This document shows, one piece after another, positions 8,568 through 18,312 of a stretch of 64,000 nucleotides of DNA. Made by a program: the position numbers and the translations under genes. Source of the stretch: Thermoplasmata archaeon. GTDB lineage: Archaea > Thermoplasmatota > Thermoplasmata > WALJ01. The DNA is taken from contig JALTFR010000032.1 of assembly GCA_027006785.1 (NCBI GenBank), forward strand, positions 544 to 64,543. Reading direction: 5' to 3'. Within the stretch, counting starts at the first letter, position 1. Each line of letters begins with the position of its first letter. The notes below the pieces were generated by a model. That model was not told the origin of the DNA. It worked only from the letters and a program-made list of their open reading frames with translations, and searched no databases.

Positions 8568-9439
8568 TTGAAGTTATAGGAATCAAAGATAATCTGGATG
8601 GCTTCCTCCGGCGAATACGGGTATGTCCAGCCTTCCTTCATCTTCTTCAGTTTCTCAAGGACATAATCGGGGGCCTTCATGTGCTCGGCGGTCCTTATGG
8701 CCTCGTCGAATATCTCATCGTAGTTCTTCTTTTCATCCTTTTCAATCTCGACAGGGCTGCTTCTCACGATAACACCGGCGCCTCTCGAGAACATGTACGG
8801 ATAAACGTCCTCTCCATGGGCCGTCCCTCTCATCTTAACTATCTTCAGGGTCCTGTTAAAGGCACCACCTATAGGATAATACTCGAGGTGGATGACGCCA
8901 TCCGACAGGTATATCGGGAGCAGGACATCCTCTCCTATGGTCTCGCCGGGCCTTGCGTGCTCCTCAACCGTGGCAACCACAACCCCAAGTTCCTTCAGGG
9001 TGTAGAAGAGCTTTCCGATGAGTTCCCTCTGTATCAGTTTGTCCTCCGTGGCCCATATGACCGGCGTCATCGGGTCTATGACAACCCTGGTCTTTATGTC
9101 GTAGTCGCTCCGAACTTTCACAAGCTGGGGCAGTTGTTCCTCTATCATCTTCTTGAAGTTCTTTCCTTTCAGGTGTATGAAGAACAGGTCCTTCTCATAG
9201 TGCTTCTCCATGTCCCAGCCCATCATCTTTGCCTCTTTCATTATCTGTTCAGGGCTCTCTTCCATCGTTATGTACAGGCCCTGTTCCCCTATGTTTATCC
9301 CGTGCATGAGGAACTGCATTGCGAATGTTGTCTTTCCCGTACCGCTTGAACCTACGATAACGATGGCGCTCTTGTCTATTATCCCTCCTTCGATGAGGGA
9401 GTCGAGTCCGTATATTCCAGTTTTTATTCTTTCTACCAT
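8564..9439 (-). CDS. Single-domain KaiC/RAD55-family ATPase
   Basis: IKTGIYGLDSLIEGG, Walker A GSSGTGKT, YITMEESP, RVVIDP, SDGVIHL, KIVKMRG. Confidence 0.92.
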   Translation of the reverse strand: MVERIKTGIYGLDSLIEGGIIDKSAIVIVGSSGTGKTTFAMQFLMHGINIGEQGLYITMEESPEQIMKEAKMMGWDMEKHYEKDLFFIHLKGKNFKKMIEEQLPQLVKVRSDYDIKTRVVIDPMTPVIWATEDKLIQRELIGKLFYTLKELGVVVATVEEHARPGETIGEDVLLPIYLSDGVIHLEYYPIGGAFNRTLKIVKMRGTAHGEDVYPYMFSRGAGVIVRSSPVEIEKDEKKNYDEIFDEAIRTAEHMKAPDYVLEKLKKMKEGWTYPYSPEEAIQIIFDSYNFK

Positions 9440-9441
9440 TT

Positions 9442-10335
9442 TTATTCCTCCTTTCCTTCCTTCATCTGTTTTGCCAGAAGCTCGGCAAAGCTCCTGCTCT
9501 TTTTACTTTCCTCAACAAGGTTGACTATTTTCTCCTCTTCTTCGGGGGTAAGTACTTTCTTTTCCTGATTAAATTGCTCGCTCATGGCCTCCGCAAAGCT
9601 TCTTGCAGCGGCTATGGCAGAGGATATCTCTCTCATCATGGTCCACGGAGGGTCAAAATCGTCCTCATCTTTTATGGGAGTGTTGAGCCTGTACTTGTAA
9701 TAAGTATTGCCAATCTCCGTAGCCTTCATGTCCTCGTCCAGTATTCCGTATCTCTGGAGTACATCCATTCTGTAAGCGACCTCATCCTCATTCATGTGCA
9801 GTCTGGCAGATATCTCAAGGATGTCCATCCCGGCATCGTCTATCTTCAGTCCGATAATCTTCCGGTCATATTCGTCCAGAGCTATCTGGTATGCCTGAAG
9901 AGGATTGGCTTTTACAAGGAACTCGCACTGTTCATACCCTTCACTGACACATCTTATCTCCTCGGAATTCGCAGATATTCCGAGGTCGTCCGAGAAGAAA
10001 CTGGAAAACATATCTGCAGTTATGTAGCATGTCTTCTTTCCCTTGGCATCGGGAATAAGCCCGGGAACAGGAGAATCTTTAACGCTGAAGAGATACGAAA
10101 AGTCGCCGACCTTTTCTATGTCAAGCTCACCAAGGTCAGTCTCTCTGAATATGAATTGCATGAATTGAAATAGAGGCGTGTTTCTGACCTGTTCCTCGTC
10201 ACTCGCAGTAAGCATCTTTTTTGTCTCTTTCGGCGGGACTCTGGACATCTTTATGACGGTGTTTATACCCGTTTCCAGCTTTGTCATATGGTCAAGGGCT
10301 GCCATCCTGTGTGCAAAACTGCGATAAGGGCTCAT
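9442..10335 (-). CDS. V4R domain plus winged-helix protein
   Basis: TCYITADMFSSFF...SEEIRCVSEGYEQCEFLV is the V4R C...E..C...G...C.F signature; followed by HTH LHMNEDEVAYRMDVLQRYGILD...TEIG. Confidence 0.8.
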   Translation of the reverse strand: MSPYRSFAHRMAALDHMTKLETGINTVIKMSRVPPKETKKMLTASDEEQVRNTPLFQFMQFIFRETDLGELDIEKVGDFSYLFSVKDSPVPGLIPDAKGKKTCYITADMFSSFFSDDLGISANSEEIRCVSEGYEQCEFLVKANPLQAYQIALDEYDRKIIGLKIDDAGMDILEISARLHMNEDEVAYRMDVLQRYGILDEDMKATEIGNTYYKYRLNTPIKDEDDFDPPWTMMREISSAIAAARSFAEAMSEQFNQEKKVLTPEEEEKIVNLVEESKKSRSFAELLAKQMKEGKEE

Positions 10336-10868
10336 TCTCTCTGCACCTCCTCCATTGCAGCATCCTCGAGCAGTTCTATCTCCTCGGGTGAAAGAAGGCT
10401 TTTCCCTTTTTCGGTCACGTCTTTTCCATGTATGAGTCCATTCTCCTCGGCTTTTTTAAGTCCATCCCGTATTTCATCCTCATCAACCTTCAGTACGGAC
10501 GCCATGATTTTTTCGTCTTTAATACCGAGCAGCATCAGTTTGACTATGCTCTCTGCAAGTTCCTCTCCTCCACCCTCGCCCTCGATCAGAGGAAGAAGCA
10601 GATGTCTCAGAGCAAGGAGCCTCTCGGCGTTTTTCCCTTTTATTGTAAGGCTCATGCTTTCGACTTCAAAACTCAGCGTTCCTTCTCTGTTCTCTATATT
10701 CTGAAGGTCCTTTATGGGTATCTCGTACCATATGTCTCCATCTGTGAGCATAAGGTTGTTCAATGTAAGATAGAGCGCTCCGTCTTTCCATACAAATCCC
10801 ATGTCGACATTGCTGTCAACTATGCGGAATGTGACATTGCCTACCTTCTGCATCTTACTGCTCATCAT
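10332..10868 (-). CDS. CheF-like protein (one PH-like domain plus C-terminal winged helix)
   Basis: Start placed at ATG 10868, about 22 nt below a TATA-like element. WKDGALYLTLNNLML...EIPIKDLQNIE and ...LLGI...DEDEIRDGLKKAEENGLI...VTEKGK resemble the CheF N- and C-terminal patterns. Confidence 0.55.
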   Translation of the reverse strand: MMSSKMQKVGNVTFRIVDSNVDMGFVWKDGALYLTLNNLMLTDGDIWYEIPIKDLQNIENREGTLSFEVESMSLTIKGKNAERLLALRHLLLPLIEGEGGGEELAESIVKLMLLGIKDEKIMASVLKVDEDEIRDGLKKAEENGLIHGKDVTEKGKSLLSPEEIELLEDAAMEEVQRE

Positions 10869-10885
10869 GCTTGTATGGGAGTTTA

Positions 10886-10900
10886 CCTTTAAATATTTTT
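10886..10900 (-). promoter_or_regulatory. TATA-like element of the KaiC-type operon
   Basis: Minus strand AAAAATATTTAAAGG about 22 nt upstream of ATG 10868, within an AT-rich divergent spacer. Confidence 0.45.
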
Positions 10901-11051
10901 CGTAGAGATGGGCATTTATATAACTATGGTTTAGTTTTTGAATAATGATAACAGTAATGAAAAAAAGATATATGGTATTTTTTAGGAATATCTTTTCGGA
11001 AGCGCCAATCACAATCTTTATATCTCAAATTTGGATGGGCAATGGATAGCG

Positions 11052-12962
11052 ATGGCAGATATTGCGGAGTCACTTGCAGAAAAGCAGAAGGAAATATCGG
11101 TTTCAGAGTTCTTCGAGAGGAACAGGCATGTTCTGGGCTTTGATTCCATGCCGAAATCCCTGATAACGGCGGTCAAAGAGGGTGTGGACAATGCTCTGGA
11201 TGCCTGTGAAGAGGCCGGCATCCTCCCTGAACTATACGTCGAACTGAAAAAGGAAGAGGACAATGAATATCTCATAGTAATACAGGACAATGGCCCGGGC
11301 ATCGTTCGCAAGAACATACCGAAGGTCTTCGGCCAGCTTCTTTACGGTTCAAGGTTCCATGCCATAAGGCAAAGCAGGGGACAGCAGGGAATCGGAATAT
11401 CCGGTGTCGTTATGTACGGTTTCCTCAGCACAGGAAGGCCGGCGAGGATAGTTTCAAAGACCAAGGGGAAGAGCGCTGCCACCGAGGTGGTGCTCCGCAT
11501 AGACACCAAGAAGAACAGGGCTGAGATAATAAAAGAGGACGTCCTTCTATGGGATGAGGTCGAGCACGGAACAAGGATAGAGGTCCATATAAAGGGGAGG
11601 CTAATAAAGGGTAAGCAGTCTGTATACGAGTATTTGAGAAGAACGGCCATAGTGAACCCACACACCAGGATAACCTATGTTGAGAACGGGACGAAATATA
11701 TCTTTGAAAGGGCTACGGAGATCCTTCCAAGGAGTACTGTGGAGATAAAGCCGCACCCATATGGAGTAGAGCTCGGAACTCTCATAAAGATGCTTAAATC
11801 CGCCAAAAACAGGAAGGTGAAGGCCTTTCTTACGGACGAGTTTTCAAGGGTCAGCTCTTCCGTGGCAGAGGAGATATGCAGGAAGGCAGGCGTGGATCCT
11901 TCAAAAAAGCCTGCCGAACTCACTCCGCAGGAGGCAAAATCCCTTCACCGTGCAATGAACAAGGTCAGGATAATGGCTCCCCCTTCGGATTGCCTGTCAC
12001 CCATCGGCGCTCCCCTGATAAAGAAGGGATTGAAGAATGTGATGAAGGAGTACAAGCCAGAGTACTATGTCCCGCCGGTCACAAGGGAACCCTCGGTGTA
12101 CCGGGGCAATCCTTTTCAGGTGGAGGTTGGGATTGTATATGGAGGCGACCTTCCGAAGGACAGGCCGGTGGAGATACTGAGGTTTGCGAACCGCGTGCCG
12201 TTGCTCTATCAGCAGGGTGCCTGCGCTCTCACCCATGCTGTTGAAAGGATGAACTGGAAGCAGTACGGTCTGGAGCAGAAGGGAGGTAAGGGGATACCAT
12301 CAGGCCCCGCGGTCATACTGATACACATCGCTTCCACAAGGGTGCCCTTCACATCCGAGGCAAAGGAGGCTGTTGCGGACATACCCGAGATACTGGACGA
12401 GACCACCAAGGCCCTGAAGGAATGTGCTCGCCATCTCCGTCTTCACATAAACAAGCTTCAGAAGAAGAAAAAGACAAGTGAGAAGTTTGTGATAGTCAGG
12501 AAGATAATACCCGAGATAGCGAGGAAATCCGCTGAGATAACCGGCAACCCTGTGCCACCCATAGATAGAACGATAACGAGCATCATGGGTGTGCTATGGG
12601 TGGATGACGATGCGAAGTACTCAAAGAACGGCTACGATGTGTCGGTGAAGGTGATAAACTACACTCCCAAGAGGCTGAGGATACCTCTGTATCTGGATAT
12701 AGAGCCGGAGGTGGTGGAGAGCATGGAGCCGCAGGCCGAGAGGGACGGAAGAGGCCTCAGGTATGACCTGGACCTTCAGAGCACCGAGGAACTGGACATA
12801 AAGTTGAGGCTAAGGCTTGAGAAAGGAGAGTACAGCATGGACATATACACGGACAAGATAAACCCGGTGCTCGTGGTGGGCGCAGACCCGCTTCCGGGGG
12901 ACTGGGACATAGAGGCCGAGAAGGTCATAGTCAGCGGAGCGGAGGTGAGCGGAGATGAGTGA
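11052..12962 (+). CDS. top6B: DNA topoisomerase VI subunit B
   Basis: [57 protein letters not shown]; C-terminal extension. Confidence 0.97.
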   Translation: MADIAESLAEKQKEISVSEFFERNRHVLGFDSMPKSLITAVKEGVDNALDACEEAGILPELYVELKKEEDNEYLIVIQDNGPGIVRKNIPKVFGQLLYGSRFHAIRQSRGQQGIGISGVVMYGFLSTGRPARIVSKTKGKSAATEVVLRIDTKKNRAEIIKEDVLLWDEVEHGTRIEVHIKGRLIKGKQSVYEYLRRTAIVNPHTRITYVENGTKYIFERATEILPRSTVEIKPHPYGVELGTLIKMLKSAKNRKVKAFLTDEFSRVSSSVAEEICRKAGVDPSKKPAELTPQEAKSLHRAMNKVRIMAPPSDCLSPIGAPLIKKGLKNVMKEYKPEYYVPPVTREPSVYRGNPFQVEVGIVYGGDLPKDRPVEILRFANRVPLLYQQGACALTHAVERMNWKQYGLEQKGGKGIPSGPAVILIHIASTRVPFTSEAKEAVADIPEILDETTKALKECARHLRLHINKLQKKKKTSEKFVIVRKIIPEIARKSAEITGNPVPPIDRTITSIMGVLWVDDDAKYSKNGYDVSVKVINYTPKRLRIPLYLDIEPEVVESMEPQAERDGRGLRYDLDLQSTEELDIKLRLRLEKGEYSMDIYTDKINPVLVVGADPLPGDWDIEAEKVIVSGAEVSGDE

Positions 12963-14049
12963 GCAGAGCCAGAGCGAGGCGGTCAAGGAGCTTGAGAAGA
13001 TAGCGGAGGACATATACCGGCAGATAAAGGAGGGAAAGATTCCCGAGATGAAGATACCGGTCAGGACGAAGAACAACATCGTCTTCGACATAAGGCACGG
13101 TGTCTGGAAGTATGGCGGGAATTTCGGGAAGAGGAGCGCGAAGAAGCTGGACGGCGCATACATGCTTCTCCGGACCCTCTACATTCTGGACTTCATCAAG
13201 GAGATGATAGAGCAGAGAAAATCATCCACGCTAAGGGAGATGTACTACATTTCCGAGGGATGGAACGAGGCCAAGTTCCATGCGCAGGACGAGTCCAACA
13301 ACCTTGTTGAAGATCTGGAGATCGTAACGCGCTACATGAGGGAGGACTTCAAACTGAGACCCGAGGAGGACGGTGCGAGGGTCATCGGCAACATAACGAT
13401 AAACGAGACCAATAGAAAGGGAGTGAAGAAGAGGATAAACTGCAGGGACGACGTTGGCGATTCTGGGTATACTATACCCTACAATGTGGAGAGGGAGAAG
13501 ATAGAGTTCCTGGATGTGGATGCTGACTTCGTGATAGCCATAGAGACTGGCGGTATGTTCGACAGGCTCGTCGAGAACGGTTTCGATGAGAAGGAGAGGG
13601 CCGTGCTGGTGCACCTGAAAGGCCAGCCGGCCAGAAGCACCCGAAGATTCCTCAAAAGGATGAACGAGGAGATGGGACTTCCGGTGGTGGTCTTCACCGA
13701 TGGGGACCCGTGGTCATTCAGGATATTCGCATCGGTTGCCTACGGGGCGATAAAGACCGCTCACCTTTCCGAGTACCTTGCGACGCCCACCGCGGAGTTC
13801 GTGGGGATAACCGCATCAGACATACTGAACTACGACCTTCCCACAGATAAACTCAGCGAGAGGGATGTGGATGCCCTTAAAGCAGAGCTATCGGACCCCC
13901 GTTTCCAGACCGAGTTCTGGACATCCGAGATAAAGGCAATGCTGGAACTGAAGAAGAAGGCAGAACAGCAGGCCCTTGCCAAGTACGGACTGGACTTTGT
14001 AACGGACACCTATCTGCCTGAGAAACTGAGCGACATGGGGATACTCTAG
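12955..14049 (+). CDS. top6A: DNA topoisomerase VI subunit A
   Basis: TLREMYY (catalytic Tyr), [29 protein letters not shown]. Confidence 0.98.
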   Translation: MSEQSQSEAVKELEKIAEDIYRQIKEGKIPEMKIPVRTKNNIVFDIRHGVWKYGGNFGKRSAKKLDGAYMLLRTLYILDFIKEMIEQRKSSTLREMYYISEGWNEAKFHAQDESNNLVEDLEIVTRYMREDFKLRPEEDGARVIGNITINETNRKGVKKRINCRDDVGDSGYTIPYNVEREKIEFLDVDADFVIAIETGGMFDRLVENGFDEKERAVLVHLKGQPARSTRRFLKRMNEEMGLPVVVFTDGDPWSFRIFASVAYGAIKTAHLSEYLATPTAEFVGITASDILNYDLPTDKLSERDVDALKAELSDPRFQTEFWTSEIKAMLELKKKAEQQALAKYGLDFVTDTYLPEKLSDMGIL

Positions 14050-15443
14050 ACCCATTTCCTGTCCATCATCCTTCCCGATAGATGCACCGAGAGGTAGAGA
14101 AGGAAGGCGCTCCAGTCCAGCAGGAAGATGACCAGAAGTAAGCCGGGGAATCCCATTTCAAGCCCTTTTTTGATGCCGTAGGAACCTATGGAGATGAGGC
14201 TGAATATAACGATGGAAACGCTGTAAAGGAGGAGAACATCAGATCTTTTTCCGGAATACCTTATTCCGAAGGGGAGTGCTATGGCAAGGGAAAGGAAGAA
14301 GGAGAGAATGAGGATCGCAAATGCCATCGGAAGATAGGAATAACCGGTATATATCGCAAAGTAGAAGGGAAATGAGAGAGCTGCTATGAATGGTAGAACA
14401 AGGCTTCCAAGCTTTCCGGTGACTATGGCCCTGCCGGATATTGGAAGGTTCTTCAGTATCCAGAGCGTGTCCTCCTCGGCCAGAAATATGTTCAATCCGG
14501 GAAATACGAAGAGGTAGGACGCCAGTATGAAGGCTCCGAGGAAGAGGAAGATGAAGGGCAGGTGCGGGACTATATGCGGCCTTATCTCGGGAGGGAAGAT
14601 GTCAGGGTCCATGTTGATTGCGAGATATCCGCTAAGGAAGCCGACCATGACAGAGGTGAAAACGAAACTGGTGACCAGCCTGTCCCTCCAGAGAACAGTC
14701 ATCTCTTTCCATCTCAGCGACTGAACCGGGTCCCTGATTACCTTTGAATAGGGCGCAGCGCTCCCCCTTTCCTTTCTTATGATATATCCGAAGGAGTTCG
14801 GGGCCATGTGAAGCAGCCATATGAGATACGGAATCGAGGCAAGTATGAGAAGTGCGATTTGCCAGGGCTCGTGGAAATACCAGAGAGCGCTCATGAACAG
14901 GACAGGAATGAGCATGTACCTTCTCTTAGAGCTGAAATAATGAAGTCCGACACCGGCACCCAGGACCATGGAAAGAACAACGCCTCCGGTGAACTTCGCA
15001 TAGAGTTCTGGATATCCGATGGGCACATGGTAGATGTGCAGAAGCACGATGTATGAGGATGAGAAAAGGGCCCAGAGCCCGAGGTTCACCCAGAAAATCA
15101 TGGAAAAGATGCCGAGCGAGACGCCCGTGCGCCTTACAGGAGATGCGAACAGGTACTCAATATGTCTGGATGTCACGAAATATCGGTGCATGTCCGCCGA
15201 GGCCTTGAGCATGAAGAGGAAGAAGACCACCATGAAAATCTGGTCCATGTTCACAGGAAGTTTGGCATCCATCTCGAAAACGGTCAGCCTCGCCGCCATT
15301 ATTACGGAGAATGCGATGATGATGGAGAACCACGAGTAAAGAACAGGGCTGTCCCGGGCCCTGGCCTTCAGGGAACGGGATGCCTCGGCGAGCTCAAGAG
15401 CGAATATTCGGTGGCCTTCCCTTAACAAGCGAGAAATAGGCAT
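14046..15443 (-). CDS. ABC-2 type exporter permease (multi-TM)
   Basis: Many hydrophobic helices, [10 protein letters not shown] motif, overlaps upstream ABC ATPase; start uncertain. Confidence 0.7.
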   Translation of the reverse strand: MPISRLLREGHRIFALELAEASRSLKARARDSPVLYSWFSIIIAFSVIMAARLTVFEMDAKLPVNMDQIFMVVFFLFMLKASADMHRYFVTSRHIEYLFASPVRRTGVSLGIFSMIFWVNLGLWALFSSSYIVLLHIYHVPIGYPELYAKFTGGVVLSMVLGAGVGLHYFSSKRRYMLIPVLFMSALWYFHEPWQIALLILASIPYLIWLLHMAPNSFGYIIRKERGSAAPYSKVIRDPVQSLRWKEMTVLWRDRLVTSFVFTSVMVGFLSGYLAINMDPDIFPPEIRPHIVPHLPFIFLFLGAFILASYLFVFPGLNIFLAEEDTLWILKNLPISGRAIVTGKLGSLVLPFIAALSFPFYFAIYTGYSYLPMAFAILILSFFLSLAIALPFGIRYSGKRSDVLLLYSVSIVIFSLISIGSYGIKKGLEMGFPGLLLVIFLLDWSAFLLYLSVHLSGRMMDRKWV

Positions 15444-16110
15444 TCTCAACGCTCCCGTATTCCTTCATCAATTCGTCCTTTCTTCCGTGGAAGATGACCT
15501 TACCTTTCTTCATGATATAGACGGTATCCGCTATGTTCTCGACAAGGCCGGTGGAATGCGTGGCTATGACGGTGGTGCCGGACCTCTCCTTTATGAAATC
15601 CTGAAGGGTTCTTGATGTAAGTGGGTCGAGGCCGTAAACCGGCTCATCCAGCAGAAGATTCTTCGGAGAGTGCATTATCGCAGCTATGATCGATATCTTC
15701 TGCTTCATTCCCTTGGAGTATGTGCCTATCTCGTAATCCATGAAATCCAGGATTCCCAGGTTTCCAGCAAGTGTGTCTATCCTTTTATCAGCATTTTCCA
15801 CCTCTCTCACCGATGCGATGAAGTGAAGGAACTCGCGGCCGGTGAGCCTCTCATACAGATAGGGCATCTCGGGCAGGTATCCCGTTATCCTTCTGGCATC
15901 TATGGAATCCCCTTCAACCGGTATGCCATCCACCTCTATGCTCCCCGAGTCGAAGGGAATGATGTTCGCGCATATCTTAAGAAGCGTGCTCTTTCCGGCA
16001 CCGTTCTCTCCGAGTATCGCTGTAACCTCCCCGTCCCTGAAGTCCAGGCTCACCATGTCCAGTGCCCGTATCTCACCGTATTCCTTCAAAAGTCCTCTTA
16101 TCTCTATCAT
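15394..16110 (-). CDS. ABC transporter ATP-binding protein
   Basis: GENGAGKST, YSKGMKQK, LLLDEP. Confidence 0.93.
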   Translation of the reverse strand: MIEIRGLLKEYGEIRALDMVSLDFRDGEVTAILGENGAGKSTLLKICANIIPFDSGSIEVDGIPVEGDSIDARRITGYLPEMPYLYERLTGREFLHFIASVREVENADKRIDTLAGNLGILDFMDYEIGTYSKGMKQKISIIAAIMHSPKNLLLDEPVYGLDPLTSRTLQDFIKERSGTTVIATHSTGLVENIADTVYIMKKGKVIFHGRKDELMKEYGSVENAYFSLVKGRPPNIRS

Positions 16111-16158
16111 TCGGTACCCCTCCCGTCTCGCACTATATAAGAATTTCAGGCAGGCAGC

Positions 16159-17172
16159 TCACAGTACTTTACTGACCTCTTCCTTCAGTTCCTTGATTAC
16201 ATCGACAGGTGTCGGGTCAACCTCCCTCAGTATCGCTAGATAATAGCTCACGAAGTCACCTACGTAAATCAGAGACATTATCTTCTCGAGTGTGCTCTCA
16301 CCCCGGGCTCTTACGTCTATAACCTGTGCACCTGCCTTTTTCATGACAGTTCGGTTGAATTCGGTTATCTTCCTCAGTATGTCGTTCTCATCCGCCCGGA
16401 GGAATACTGCGGAGAATCCCTTTCCACCCTCATTCCACCCGACTATCTCGTTGTGGTCCATCTCGGTGAGAGCCCCGTAGAATGCTAGCATCTTTGAGTT
16501 CTCGTTTATCTGGGTGTGCCAGCGGTTCGCTGCCGAGACATAAGGGCCGTAGGAATATATCACCGGAATCCTTTCAGCCAGCTGTGCGGCTATTCTTTTT
16601 GCCTCGTTATCTTCTAAAGGCACCGAAGGATTCAGGCTCTCTCTCATTTTTTTCAGGAGAGCGCTCACCTTCATCATCTCGACTTCGGGGTCGTAGATGT
16701 TGAGGGATTTCATGATGCTACCTATGGCAGAAACAAGGTATCCTAGGGCAGCCCTCGGCTGAAGGCCTTTCGGAACCTCTATGAAGTATCCTCCTTTTTC
16801 CTCCATGAGCTCTTTTAGCTTCCCTCCTGACGATATCGCAATCACCGTGGCCTTTCTCTCGAAGGCCTCCCTCACCATGTTAAGTGTCTCATAGGTGTTT
16901 CCAGAGTAGGAAAGGGCTATAACAAGGCTTTTTTTGGATACAAAGCTCGGTATAACGTATTTTCTGTTTGTTACGAATGGCATATGCAGCCTTTCGCATA
17001 ACCATGCAGCTGCTATCTCTCCTGCAATGGCGGAACCGCCCATCCCGCATGCCACTATATTTTCCGGGCGGAAATAGGGTATGTCAACCCTGTTTCCATG
17101 CATGCCCTGTATGAGATGTTCGGGAAGCGAGAATATGGAAGAGAGCATATCTTCTCTGTCTATCGCCTCCAT
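16159..17172 (-). CDS. Bifunctional phosphoglucose/phosphomannose isomerase
   Basis: GMGGSAIAG, SYSGNTYET, QPRAALGY, QINENSK, EMDHNEIVG, DPTPVDVIKELK. Confidence 0.93.
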   Translation of the reverse strand: MEAIDREDMLSSIFSLPEHLIQGMHGNRVDIPYFRPENIVACGMGGSAIAGEIAAAWLCERLHMPFVTNRKYVIPSFVSKKSLVIALSYSGNTYETLNMVREAFERKATVIAISSGGKLKELMEEKGGYFIEVPKGLQPRAALGYLVSAIGSIMKSLNIYDPEVEMMKVSALLKKMRESLNPSVPLEDNEAKRIAAQLAERIPVIYSYGPYVSAANRWHTQINENSKMLAFYGALTEMDHNEIVGWNEGGKGFSAVFLRADENDILRKITEFNRTVMKKAGAQVIDVRARGESTLEKIMSLIYVGDFVSYYLAILREVDPTPVDVIKELKEEVSKVL

Positions 17173-17230
17173 TTTCGCTCTGTCCTCCAGAACATCAAAG
17201 TTTTCTGTCAGTATATCACCTCATTTGGAG

Positions 17231-17334
17231 TGCCGAGGACGGGGTTTGAACCCGTGACCTTCGGATTTCCCGGGAACGAGCGTCCGCATCAGTCCCTATG
17301 AGTCCGACGCTCCACCAGGCTGAGCCACCTCGGC
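17231..17334 (-). tRNA. tRNA-Met(CAT), elongator type, 30-nt intron at 37/38 (17267-17296); CCA not encoded
   Basis: GCCGAGG acceptor, GCTC/GAGC D arm, TCGGA-CTCATA-[intron]-A-TCCGA anticodon arm, ACGGG-TTCAAAC-CCCGT T arm. Confidence 0.93.
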
Positions 17335-17342
17335 TTGGGGTT

Positions 17343-18197
17343 TTACTCCTCGGAGGGGCTCTCCTCTTCGGAGTTTTCAGGGTGAAGGGCAGAATATATC
17401 TTTCCTGCCGCAGCTTTACCCAGTTTTTCTATGGACTCAAGGTCCTCGAGGCTGGCGCTCTTCAGGGATTCAAGGCTCTTATAGCCCGCATCGTAGACAA
17501 GTCTGGCCTTAGCAGGGCCGATTCCGTCTATGGACTCAAGGGCCTCCATGACAGCCTCTTCGTTCTCCTCCTTTATGGCCTCCTGTCTCTCATCCACAGC
17601 AGGCTTTCTGAGGATTTCGGACTTCCTTATCTCAACCCTTTTCACAGGCCTTATCTTCTTACAGTCCTTTGCAACCGCCTTGGAAAGCTCTCCGGATACC
17701 ATCGCCTTTACTAGCTCAGGCATCGTCATGTTTGCAGTTAGGGCCCTGATGGTCTCACGGGACTGCATCCTTATGGCATGCTGATGTGATGAGGATATCC
17801 TGCCGATGGATATGGCTACGAGCTTCACCCTTACCTTGTAACCGTCCTTTGTTCTGACATCCACCACATCCTCTATCTTGGAGCTCCTCCTTCTGGTGAG
17901 CCGGCGCACATAATCGCTGGTCATGTCATGCCCTATGAACTCGGTCGTGGCGTCTGTACCCTTTATTCCATTGATCTTGAAATAGAGCTTGATATGTGAT
18001 TTTGTGAAATCTCCCGATATATCCTGAAGACTGGTCTCGCTCACCCTTCCAAGCAGCATCTCGGGCTCTCTGGCCGGAGTCTCACCTATCTCGGCGTTGT
18101 TGAACATGCCGGGAGCGAGTACTCTGTACCACTGCTTGGCTTTCCATGCTTCTCGTGTCTTACGGGCAGCGACCCTTGCTCTTGCCTTTTTTGCCAT
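17343..18197 (-). CDS. rps3ae: 30S ribosomal protein S3Ae (eS1) with C-terminal helix-hairpin-helix extension
   Basis: WKAKQWYRVLAP, DYVRRLTRRRSSKI, PVKRVEIRKSE; tail LESIDGIGPAKA...LESIEKLGKAAA. Confidence 0.95.
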   Translation of the reverse strand: MAKKARARVAARKTREAWKAKQWYRVLAPGMFNNAEIGETPAREPEMLLGRVSETSLQDISGDFTKSHIKLYFKINGIKGTDATTEFIGHDMTSDYVRRLTRRRSSKIEDVVDVRTKDGYKVRVKLVAISIGRISSSHQHAIRMQSRETIRALTANMTMPELVKAMVSGELSKAVAKDCKKIRPVKRVEIRKSEILRKPAVDERQEAIKEENEEAVMEALESIDGIGPAKARLVYDAGYKSLESLKSASLEDLESIEKLGKAAAGKIYSALHPENSEEESPSEE

Positions 18198-18312
18198 GTT
18201 TTGCCTCCTTGAAACTGAGGTTAGCGCTCTCCTACTGCTAACCCTTTATAATACTTTTGTTCGGGAAGCCGCAAATCGCCAACTGTTATATATGCCCTTC
18301 GGATGCTCCATT

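Noticed and set aside
8498-9349. 283-aa plus-strand ORF
   Set aside because: Antisense to the KaiC-like gene; typical shadow frame
12600-12962. C-terminal extension of Top6B as a novel fusion
   Set aside because: A C-terminal domain is already known in Top6B of several euryarchaeal lineages
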